Shown here piece after piece: positions 54,301 to 64,000 of a stretch of DNA of 64,000 nt. Below the pieces are notes generated by a model, which was given only the letters and a program-made list of their open reading frames with translations, made no database searches and was not told the DNA's origin. Within the stretch, counting starts at the first letter, position 1, and every line of letters begins with the position of its first letter. The stretch is from Balanoglossus misakiensis (Eukaryota > Animalia > Hemichordata), in NCBI GenBank assembly GCA_040954595.2, contig CM082598.2:6339097-6403096 (forward strand), in the 5' to 3' direction. Position numbers and translations under genes: made by a program.

Positions 54301-55024
54301 CGATTTCCGATGAGGGGACATTCGTTCTTACGGTACTTAGTAGCGACGGCGACACAATTCAATAATTCCCGGCTGAGAGATAGCTTAGCGGCGTGGTCAC
54401 GTGACAAGCTGCTTAGCGACGAAGCCAGTAACGAAGTGAACAGCAGCCGATCTCTCTTTTGTCATTCTTGTCTATTTGTAGCACACGCTACGTCACTGTT
54501 ACCATCAAAATTTATCGAAATTTGTCAACAGATCTAAATAAAGCATCGTTTTAATAAAGGCACGCTAAAAATAGCATAACAGGTAGCATTATCATCGATT
54601 GGGCAGGTCTCAAATTTCACCAACAACGAAGTTTAGCCGAACGATCAAAATGTATGCATACGCCATTCCTAATTAATTATTCATAGTTCAAACACATCGA
54701 TTCGACGATGTCGATAGGGTCTTTTCTATGAGCCACTTAGGGCTAGTTAATTTTCGACTTTTTTTTCTGGGGAACACATAAAAGCAAGATAACAGGATGT
54801 CTTTCCATCAGTGAGGGGAACGCTTTCATTACGATAAGAGGTATCAGCTGGGTTTGGACGTTTGCGACTGATCAAGCCACGTTTGCAAGCACTTGCAGAA
54901 CTTTTGGGGAAGACTCTATGGCTGTGAACACGATGAGGTTACGTTGGTCCGTCTCTCGAAATTTTAAGAACCTTCAGATTGCTTTCTTCTTACCCTTTCA
55001 CCACAATGGTTAAGTGCAAACAAA

Positions 55025-55150
55025 TTGTTAGCTCACGTGCTGACACGGATCGGCTAATGTCGTACCGATTTCTGACCGTGTGTGCATGTGTCTGTCTGTC
55101 TGTCTGTCTGTCTGTATTGTCTGTCTGTTGGTCTGTCAGTCTTTCTGTCT

Positions 55151-55181
<31 letters not shown>

Positions 55182-55440
55182 CGTCTGTCTGTCTGTCCGT
55201 CTGTCTGTCCGTCTGTCTGTGAACACTTTGTCTCAAGAATGGCTAAACGAATTTAAGTAAATTTCGGTACGCTGGTTCAAGTTTTAAATGGCAAAAACTG
55301 ATAAGGTTTGTTGGGCGGTGCATGCATATTAATGAAGTTATGAGGGTTACATGTTGTCGCGATGAAGGATCGCGTGTAATTCTACGACGCATGTTCTGCC
55401 GATGATTGGCACAGGCGGTAATGTTTGGCAGTACCCTGAC
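55025..55440 (+). mobile_element. Possible Helentron-associated (DINE-1/HINE-like) non-autonomous element with a (GTCY)n microsatellite
   Basis: TTGTTAGCTCAC start, then (GTCT/GTCC)n at 55088-55220, then a core segment. This layout is typical of DINE-1-like elements. Ends are approximate. Confidence 0.5.
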
Positions 55441-55672
55441 TGAATTGTCGTTGCGTCGCAGTTGGGGGAAATTGTTCCTTGTGCACTGTATGTACTTCAG
55501 CGGCGCCATGCTGACTCATACTGCTTGGCTGAACCGCGCCGTAGCGATTGTAAGACCACTATGGACACTCGTTCTGAAACCCCTCTGGCTCTGAGGGTAT
55601 TCCTGAAAGCTGCCATACGGCTAGATGTATCTGTCTTTCTAAGGGGTGATCCTCGTTTGTCACTGGATTAAT
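55440..55672 (-). pseudogene. DIRS-type retrotransposon remnant, 3' part (end of methyltransferase-like ORF overlapping the start of the tyrosine recombinase ORF)
   Basis: Minus strand reads INPVTNEDHPLERQIHLAVWQLSG and, in an overlapping frame, MAAFRNTLRARGVSERVSIVVLQSLRRGSAKQYESAWRR*. This matches the DIRS1 HPL...L..W.LSG and RGLS.....I..S.R..T...Y..AW signatures. Confidence 0.75.
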
Positions 55673-56269
55673 CTTTACGGTCCTGATACGGGTTTTGCGG
55701 CCCGAGGTCGTACGGCGGAAGCGCCCGACCGCAGGGAGGGCGCGAATCGCCGTACGACCGAGGGCCGCAAAACCCGTATCAGGGCCGTAAAGGTTTTATC
55801 ATATGCCTCATTGAACGATAATCTACAAGAAACTAATAAAATACACATTCTGTAATATTTTGGAATGTAAATATTACGTGTTTATCTATCGTTTTGAAAT
55901 GATCCATCCCGTAGCATAGAGGCGCATTTCTCCAGTTCTTGCGGATTGATATGCACGATGTCATTTGTTTACATTCTATTGCACGTGAGATATAGACGCG
56001 CTCGAACTCACACAGCCGAGCGCGAGAAAAACATTATTTTTTCTTCGCGACGATCGACGCCGACAGTCACACATTAATCAGATCAAATAATCAATTTTTT
56101 TTTATTATTTTTTTTTATTATTATTTTATTCATATACAGTAGGCCACCGGCCCAAATGTATACATATGATTGATACACAAGATATGCATGAGGGTGCCCA
56201 ACAAAATTAAGCATTTGAGGTTACAAAAAAAAACTTAAGTTGAATCAGCTGCTGTATTTGCTCTTTTCT

Positions 56270-59200
56270 TCATAGCATAGAAATGTATTTAGACAGATTT
56301 CGTATCACCGTGCTATTTTCAGACGTACAAAGCAAAACAAATTTTACATAGGATGGTGCAATATAGAAGTGTGTAGGCAAATATTTGGCCCTTAAATCAT
56401 CATAAAACGGACATACAATGCAGAAGTGAAATTCGTCTTCAATGACATTCTTGTCACAAAAACAGCAAATTCTTTCAGGACGATTCAATAAAGGTCTGCC
56501 AGATTCTATTCGTAAAGCATGTGCAGATACTCTTAAGCGACATAAGGCATTGCGATATTTTTCTTGAAGTGGAACAGAAAGGTACTTTTCCCGCCCAAAT
56601 GTACACTTGAGATTACAATAGGTATCCAACTTTGAATACATTGCCAGACCAGCATGCCATTCTTGAATAAAAACGTCTTGACATCGCTGTTTAAATAGAC
56701 TGATAAAAGTATTTATGCACCCAACCCCTTGATTAATCCACACTTCCCCAAAACCTAGTGAAAACAATAATTGCTTGACTCCAGAAGCCCAACAATCACG
56801 TCCCTTTTCTGCCTCAGAGTGTTGGAAATTATAACAATGGTAGGCAATACGGTAATGTGACATCGTCAACAATTTGAACCAATATTTGATAACCCTAGTT
56901 AGCCTAAATGTGCGAATAGAAAAACGACCAAGTTCGCCCTTGACTGCAAGATTAGCTGTATTGTGTTTGAGCTTTAAAATAAAACGACAGAAATCATTAT
57001 GCACTTTTTCAATCTGTTCCCCTGCATGTAACCCCCAAATTTCGCTTCCATACATCATGATGGGTAGAATCTTCCCATCAAAAACTTTGAAAGCCAGACT
57101 CACATCAATACAGTCAAACTTACATAATGCCCGCTTCACATTAAACAGCGCTTTCGTAGCTTGTAACGCTAGTTGACCTTGAGCCCGACTCCACAGACCA
57201 GAACTGGAAAATAAAATTCCAAGATAGCTGTATGCGGGAACAACCTCTACTCTCTGCCCATTCAAAAACCATTTCTCTGTAGATTTAAGTCTACCCGCTT
57301 TCCTAAAGACAATAATTTTTGATTTGGAAATATTGACTTTGAGCTTCCATTTGCTAGCATATGAAGATAAATTATTTAGTAATCTCTGAAGGCCAATTTG
57401 GGTTGTACTAAATAAAGACAAGTCATCAGCGAAAAGGAGAAAAAAGAGTTTCATGGTGGCAATGTGAACTCCTGCATATTCATGTTCAACCGAAGCCCCC
57501 AAGTCGTTAATGAATAACGTGAAAAGCAGAGGTGACAATATGCTGCCTTGCTGCACTCCCATTTCACACTTGAAGAAATCTGTAATACCAGCTGGCGAAC
57601 GAATGCACGCAGTTACATTAGCATACATCGATCGTAAAACAGAAAAAACCTTGCCCTTTAACCCTGCTTTAAATAGCTTGTAAAATAAAAGACTGTGGTT
57701 AATGCGATCAAAAGCTTTTTCAAAATCAATGAAGGCGCAATACAGTCTTCCACGCAGATATAAATACCTTGTAATAATGGTTTGCAAAATAAAAATATTA
57801 TCAATAGTTGAGTATTTTTTGCGAAATCCTGCTTGTTGTTCCACTAGAGGATAATGAATATTCGACCAGGAAAGCAATCTCTGATAAATTATATCACTGA
57901 AAACCTTGTTAATGGTGGGTAACAATGTGATCCCTCTATAATTATTTACATCTTCCCTGGAGCCTTTTTTGTGAAGCGGGACAATCAACCCTTGCACCCA
58001 TTGCTTTGGAAAACAGCCAGTGTTGAGAATTGTCTTAAACATCTGAAGAATCAAATGTTTAAGTTGAATGGGAGAATTAATCAATATTTCTGGAGAGATC
58101 CCGTCAATCCCCGGGGCTTTGTTAGGTTTCAACCTGGAGAGCGAGTTATTCAATTCATCCATTGTTATATCAGCATCAAGCTCAGCTAAGTCTAACTGTA
58201 TATCCTGAAAGTCGTCCTCAGAGGTCAAACCCTCTAAAAAGAATTAACTTCGTCAATAAAATCAGAATCCGATTGAGACGTATGTGCACCTGGTTCAGAA
58301 AAAAGTTTAGAAAAAAAGTTAAACCACTCGTCATTGCCAATATTTTCTGATGGTCCAGTACATTTGGAACTAACTAGTGACCAGAAATGTTTTGAGTTCG
58401 GCTGTCTACTATACATTTCAAATTTAAGCTTCTCATTATCATAAAAAGCCCTTTTCTTAGCTTTTAATAAACACTGATAATTCTTTTTCAATTCCGTATA
58501 CTTCTTCAGTGCATCTTCAGTTCTACTATTACGAAAATGATTGAGTGACCGACGTACAACCCTTTTCATATTGGTACAATCTTGATCAAACCAGCTCTTT
58601 GAAATATTAACACCAGTGCCACCACCATGTGGTGGGCAATATTTCATATCCTCCACCGAAATATGTACTGACTCAATAAGGAGTGACGCTGCTTCAGGAA
58701 TATTACCATGGTCAAGTGCAGATGAAATATAATGCGAATAACGATTTCCTAGCTCCCCCTGCCAAAATAAATGAAAGGTGTCTTTGTGCTTCTCATTCCA
58801 GATGTATTTTGTGAGCTCAACAACCTGCCTATTTGTCTCTATACTCCTAGTCACTGGTTGCCCCACCTTAATATTAAATAAGACTGGGTGATGATCCGAC
58901 TCTGGGCGGTCAGAAATAGCAAAGTAACTAAACATCTCAAAGTTAACCAGCCTCGTCAAGACATAATCTATTACACTACCGCCTTGATCTTTTAAACAAG
59001 TGAAGTAGCCCTGGTTTTTATCTTCAAATAACCTTCCATTAACAATCCGCAACCCAGTGTGCTTACAAAAATCCAATAGTAAATGCCCATATGAATTCAC
59101 TGTTTTATCTTTTGACACCCTAGGTGGCATGTGATCATCAAAAACGTACTCCTCAGTGATGGGGAGAAAACCGGTATTGTCAAATGTAATGTATTCTGGT

Positions 59201-60379
59201 TCAACGGACGTTCTAGCATTAAAATCCCCCAGTATAATGAATTTAAAGTCTGGAAACCTAGCGGAGAGATTTACAAGGTCATCTTCAAGATAAACGAAAT
59301 TACGCTCATCAGCATAAGAACTTGAACCTTGTGGCGAGAAATATACAACTCCAAAACAGACTTTAAAGGGGAAATCCGTCGTAGCTGATTTCTACATAAT
59401 TTGGTAGCTTTGATGTCACTCTTTCAGAAAAAAACATATTCGCCATGTATAGGTCGCGCGATTTTTTACAAAATCTAGGCAAAGTTGGCAGAATTTCCAA
59501 TATGGCGTTTACTGTAATTTGAATCATGGGAAAAAAAGCGCAAGGACCAACTTCCGCCCACCTTAGTGTGGGTGATACCATTTTCCGATTGGTGTCACTG
59601 CGTCACAAGCTAAGCGTATTTGCATATTTTCCATGGGTTATAGCTCATGAAAACTGTCAATAGATGACAAATTTTCGACTTTGCTGATGATTGTTTATCA
59701 ACTGATGCAAAGAACAAACAATAGCTATGAAAATACGCCTAGTCTGTCGCCCAGTGACACCTATCGGAGAATGGTATCACCCACACCATGGTGGGCGGAA
59801 GTTGGTCCTGGCGCTTTTTTTCCCATGATTCAAATTACAGTAAACGCCATATTGGAACTTTCCCTAGATTTTGTAAAAAATCGCGCGACCTATACATGGC
59901 GAATATGTTTTTTTCTGAAAGAGTGACATCAAAGCTACCAAATTATGTAGAAATCAGCTACGACGGATTTCCCCTTTAAGTAAATCGGTGCTGAACTTTA
60001 CCCATACAATATCCTTGGTAAAGTCACTTTCGAAAATTTTGACCCCGTTGGCCTTACCCAGATTTGAACGATAATAAATGCTGATTCCCCCAGAAAATCT
60101 CCCAAAATGTTTCAATTTACTACGACTAATATGGCAATTGTCATACCCTCTGAGCAAAAATGATGCATCATTTGATGTCCAAGTTTCTGTCAAGAAAATC
60201 AAATCAAACTTCATCAAATACTTCAGTAAATCAGAATTGTTCCATTTGTTTTGTATACCATTAATGTTCCACAGGATGCACGACACATAGTTTTCAGATG
60301 CACCCGGAGTCTCACGAACCTCCGCATATTTCTGTAGTGGTGGATTTAGCAGGTTCTCAGTTCCAAGATTCATTTCCAT
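56270..60379 (-). pseudogene. LINE ORF2: AP endonuclease + reverse transcriptase, broken by one MITE and one 1-nt frameshift
   Basis: APE motifs WNINGI, FLTETW, (after MITE removal) ILGDFNART, SVIDY, SDHHPV. RT motifs KAPGIDGI, QAGFR, FIDFEKAFD, GVQQGSILSPLLF, LFADD. C-terminal LRIESGR...CCFC...EDEFHFCIVC. Frameshift in the A-run at 58236-58240. Confidence 0.93.
59367..59975. mobile_element. 609-bp foldback MITE (Kolobok-like), ~255-bp TIRs, TTAA TSD, satellite-like spacer
   Basis: TTAA|AGGGGAAATCCGTCGTAGCTGATTTCTACATAATTTGG ... CCAAATTATGTAGAAATCAGCTACGACGGATTTCCCCT|TTAA. Excision restores ORF2 (STDLLK-VCFGVVYFSP...GDFNAR). Confidence 0.95.
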
Positions 60380-60415
60380 CCGTGGTTGTAGTACACGTGG
60401 GCTTCGGCCAACACC

Positions 60416-61393
60416 CTATCTATCACCAAATTTTATCAGATGAGGATCTTTCTTAGTGACATCAAGTATAAAAACCTCACCTTCGATAACTAACTTATCG
60501 TAGCGCAAATGTGCCTTTTTGTTGTCTCTTCTGGCAGCTGACAGGAAAGGACCCAGTTTTCTTCGCTTTTCTCGAATCAGAGGAGGGAGATCTTCAGAAA
60601 CACGGAGCGGTCCATCACGAGCGAGATGTTTGCTTTCTCGGAAAACTTTATCCCTGCCTTTACATCTGTTAAATTTCACCACCACTGGCTGTGGACGGGT
60701 TTTGGCTTTGGTCAGTCTATGTGCCCGCTCTATTTCAATGTTCTCACTTTCCAGTGCCAGCTCTTTGTCAATGAAGTCTCGCACCTTCGTTTCAGTATCT
60801 TCCCAATTTTCACTCTCATCTTGCTGCAGCCCATGTATAATTAAATTATTTCTGCGAAGTTGGCCATTTGTATAATCCTGTTGTGATTCCATTCGGTCCA
60901 GTCTGTTTCTCAGTTCGGTATTTTCAGATTCCAGTTCACCTATTCGTTGGTTCGCTGCAGCTATTTCCTGTTCCACACCTTTTAAGCCTTCCTTCAGCTC
61001 CACTGCTCTTTTTTCCGCCTTTATTTCAAGTTGGGAAAACTTGTCTTCGAGAGATACGTGCAGTTTTGACATCTGAGCGTCAATAAACGCTTTCAGTTCG
61101 TCGACAATAGCATTCTTGTCTGTATTCTGGATTTGGGTTGGAGTTGGCAAAATATCTTCACCGCTGGAGGCAAATTTTGCTTCTGTTAATTTGCTTTGTC
61201 GTGTTTTCCTGTCCGTTGTTGATTCTGTCTTGTCCGTGGCTGGAGCTTTGGGGCCGGGGTTGCGTTCAACATCGCCACATGTCAAATCAATTTTACTATT
61301 CATATTTCCAAATAAAGCTCTACAACATGCTGCGATTACGGGAGATGATAGGATTCGGTAGCGGCATAGGACATACACACACTGCAAGTGCAC
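60416..61393 (-). CDS. LINE ORF1 (2A-like motif, coiled coil, L1-type RRM/CTD)
   Basis: CGDVERNPGP, heptad-rich region, RRNNLIIHGL, IERAHRL, PQPVVVKF, VSEDLP...RRKL. First ATG is at 61303; the open frame extends to 61393. Confidence 0.9.
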   Translation of the reverse strand: MHLQCVYVLCRYRILSSPVIAACCRALFGNMNSKIDLTCGDVERNPGPKAPATDKTESTTDRKTRQSKLTEAKFASSGEDILPTPTQIQNTDKNAIVDELKAFIDAQMSKLHVSLEDKFSQLEIKAEKRAVELKEGLKGVEQEIAAANQRIGELESENTELRNRLDRMESQQDYTNGQLRRNNLIIHGLQQDESENWEDTETKVRDFIDKELALESENIEIERAHRLTKAKTRPQPVVVKFNRCKGRDKVFRESKHLARDGPLRVSEDLPPLIREKRRKLGPFLSAARRDNKKAHLRYDKLVIEGEVFILDVTKKDPHLIKFGDR

Positions 61394-61611
61394 TAGTCAC
61401 TGACACTGGTCCAGAAAAAAATTAATTCAGAACGTAGCAACGACAACTTTCGAATCTCGCGCAATAAACACAAAACTAGATCCGGATATTGAACGAGTCT
61501 TCCAAATATGGTCACCGGGCCGGGGCGTGATAAGCAAAAAAACTGCACGGATGTGAGGGCGCTTTTCCCCATAGACTTTACATGGGCACGTGAATATAGG
61601 CATATGATAAT

Positions 61612-62010
61612 TCTCAGTAGATGTGGATACTGTGGTAGTAACAGTGGTGGAGCGCGTTGTGTCGTCCATAATGGTGCCACTAACATGACAGAAGTCTTGT
61701 CTGATCTTGACGGATCTTGCATAACACATGTGGAATTAGACAAAACGGTGGAAATGCATACCCCTGAAGGCCGGTCCAAGGAATTGTAAACGTATCTATC
61801 CTCCAAGCTTGTGGATCAGGTTTCCATTTTCCATGCTACATACTGAGGAAACTGATTGTTGAGTCTCGATGCAAACAGATCCACCCCAGGAGACAGTTTG
61901 AGTTGCCTAAGTGCTGCCTGGAGAACAGTTGGATGAAGATGCCACTCTTTGAAATTGCGCGACAGGTAATCTGCCTCTAGACTGGTCTTCCCTGGTCTGT
62001 GACTTGCGTA
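61612..62010 (-). pseudogene. DIRS-type retrotransposon remnant, 5' part (RNase H end + DNA adenine methyltransferase-like domain)
   Basis: HRPGKTSLEADYLSR...EWHLHP...VDLFASRLNNQFPQYVAW / KPDPQAWRIDTFTIPW...YAFPPFCLIPHVLCKIRQD / VMLVAPLWTTQ across small frameshifts. Confidence 0.85.
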
Positions 62011-62263
62011 ATTCTTCACTTGTTGTTAAAATTATAAGTCTCAAGGACAAATATTGCTTGCATAATATACAACCTTACCTTTACATGTACCTTGCTTGTA
62101 AATATATTGATAAAGATAATTTATTGCAGGTTAAAACATATGAAATGAAATTAAAACAATTAAAGCGGGCAATGAAGATTTTTTGTTGTTGTAATTTTCA
62201 GAGAAAACACTTTGAAGAAGAAATCAGTGGTGTGTGGTGTCACATGACAGCCAACTTTAAGCT

Positions 62264-63290
62264 GTGACCAGTGAACAAGTAAATCTCGGTAGAACCCAGC
62301 AATATAAGCGGCGCAGGCTGTCTCTTCAGTGTGCTGAACAAAATCATTCCTCCGTACCGGTGTGTTCTGTTCAAGGTCAAAGGTCATTCAAAGCTTCTAG
62401 GGCTGCTTTCGATGGTCTTTGGCATACACTTATTACAACGGCTTCACCAAGTCAACTACAACCCGTTTTGTCTAATTCACCCAAATTGATTAATAGTGTT
62501 CTTCCTACTGTTCTCAAACCATCAAGCAAAGATCTAGAGAATGATGAAAGTAATATGATTAGAAGTTTAAAATGTCTATATGTGAATGATGTTATGTCGA
62601 AACAGAAATATGCTGCACTATTAAAGGAAAGCTGAGTTAGGTTTCAGAATGCAGAGAGAAAATCTGACAGGAACAACACACCTGCTTCTCAGCTCAATGC
62701 GCAAACTGACTCTATACAAGAAAGTAACAACCTTTATTCAAAGCCTAGATATAGGTGAATTAATTCCATTTGTAGTTGAAGGCAAAGTTGTTGGTCGTAA
62801 ACGCCCCTGAGGCCCACTCTTCTAAAATTAGCAGAGTTATACTATATAGTATTTGAAAATGGAGGAAAATAAGCAATGTGACCAGTGTTGGTTTGGGAAA
62901 TGCAATTGTTTTCAAATTGCTTTGGGGTCAGATGGAGCTCCCTTTGGAAAGCATAATCAGGCCACAAGCTGGTTAATAAGCTCTCTCAATGTTACACACA
63001 AGCTTGCTATTCCAGATTATAATTTTTTACTACTTGGGGCAAACCTTAAAGAAGATGATGAGTACATGAGAAATTACGCCGAGAGCTGCAGCTCTGAATT
63101 ACAAGCCATTGTTACAGAGAAACAAAAGTTTTCCGTCGACCATTTGACATGAAAAGATTGGCCTTTGTTTTAAGAGAGCTTAGCAATGCCGTAAAGTATT
63201 TCTCCTCTTTTGCCAATGTTTCAACAGCAAACATGAATACACTGAATGCCTCAGTGGTCCAAATAGTAAATGGCAAAACTGGGATTATAG
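62264..63290 (+). pseudogene. Degenerate gene, probable DDE transposase relic
   Basis: Broken frames containing IALGSDGAPFGK...WLISSLNV...LLLGAN and, after a frameshift, FDMKRLAFVLRELSNAVKYFSSFANV. Confidence 0.5.
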
Positions 63291-63836
63291 CAAATGAATT
63301 ATTGATGCAGCAGCTATCAGCAAAATGAAGAATACTCAAATACAATATTTAATGGTGTGATCAGAGTTCCAAAAGAGGGGCCACAGAAAAGAACTATCAC
63401 TGACACAGGATATATTCTACCCTTTAATTATGCATGAAACAATAAGTGTACTGGACAAAGAAGGTATAAGTCTTTCATTGTTAATAAAAATTATTCCCCC
63501 AACATTTGTAAACTCTCTCTGGATAAAGTGAATATTCCAAAAGCAGAAATGAGAATCAGAAGCTAAAGCAAATATTCTGATCAGTCTGACATAAAGCTGT
63601 ATAAATGTGACGCTAGGTGTATAGAAATGCGTCTATTTATTCATCTGTATTAGAGTGCATAAATGTGAATGCAAGATGTACATGACTTATTCACCTTTAT
63701 GAGAGTGCATGTCAGCAATTATACCAATTTATAGAGTTGCATAAAGATGAGTATCTTTATGCTGCATAAAGATGATTAATCATAATTATTTATACCAACT
63801 TTCAGCATTGCATAAACCATTGCATAAATCTTCCAG

Positions 63837-63975
63837 CCCCCCTCTCCAGGATATCATATGGTCCACCCCTTATGTGCGCCCTCACTGATGACAGTACAAG
63901 TCTTGGACCCCCTCTCCAGGATATCAAATGGTCCACCCCTTATATGCGCCCTCACTGATGGCAGTGCAAGTCTTG
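63837..63975 (+). repeat. 70-bp tandem repeat, 2 copies
   Basis: CCCCCTCTCCAGGATATCAWATGGTCCACCCCTTATRTGCGCCCTCACTGATGRCAGTRCAAGTCTTG twice, period 70. Confidence 0.9.
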
Positions 63976-64000
63976 ATTCTGATTGGTTGATGCTCATCAT

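Larger units (their letters stand above)
56094..61393 (-). mobile_element. Near full-length non-LTR retrotransposon (RTE-X-like), 5' boundary uncertain
   Basis: ORF1 + ORF2 (APE-RT-C-terminal Cys/His), 3' UTR with AATAAA and an A/(AAT)n tail at 56094-56130. Confidence 0.92.
55673..61607 (+). mobile_element. Short hairpin-ended non-autonomous element (Crypton-like, tentative), split by the LINE
   Basis: ~125-bp palindrome at 55671-55794, then TTATCATATGCCT, whose reverse complement AGGCATATGATAA is at 61598-61610. TAAT direct repeats at 55669-55672 and 61608-61611. Removal rejoins the DIRS ORF in frame. Confidence 0.65.

Noticed and set aside
59363-59979. Mirror-image ORFs MVSPT...YDGFPL on both strands
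   Set aside because: An artefact of the MITE's long inverted repeats.
61620-62010. Bacterial-type DNA adenine methyltransferase by horizontal transfer
   Set aside because: The DLFAS and FPPF motifs sit between RNase H and tyrosine recombinase remnants, the normal DIRS1 arrangement.

Overview
Eukaryotic (animal, most likely marine invertebrate; inferred from spliceosomal GT-AG introns and the transposon repertoire) heterochromatin/euchromatin boundary. 1-28450 is an AT-rich 88-bp satellite array (about 320 monomers) with local higher-order repeats. It ends abruptly inside the last codons of an intron-containing THAP + DDE_Tnp_4 (ISL2EU/Harbinger-type) transposase. Next comes a ~10 kb tandem duplication, each unit carrying an intact 10-exon minus-strand gene for a secreted mosaic protein (signal peptide-PAN-like-EGF-3xTSP1-2xCCP-C-type lectin, ~626 aa) whose copies differ most in the lectin domain. 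The right end is a four-tier nest: DIRS remnant > hairpin-ended element > near-intact RTE-X-like LINE with a 2A motif > TTAA-flanked foldback MITE. The most notable observation is that the MITE's central spacer is a single diverged copy of the 88-bp satellite monomer, which links a Kolobok-type transposon to the 28-kb array. No prokaryotic genes, rRNA, tRNA or CRISPR array were seen. Coordinates were read by hand and may be off by a few bases.
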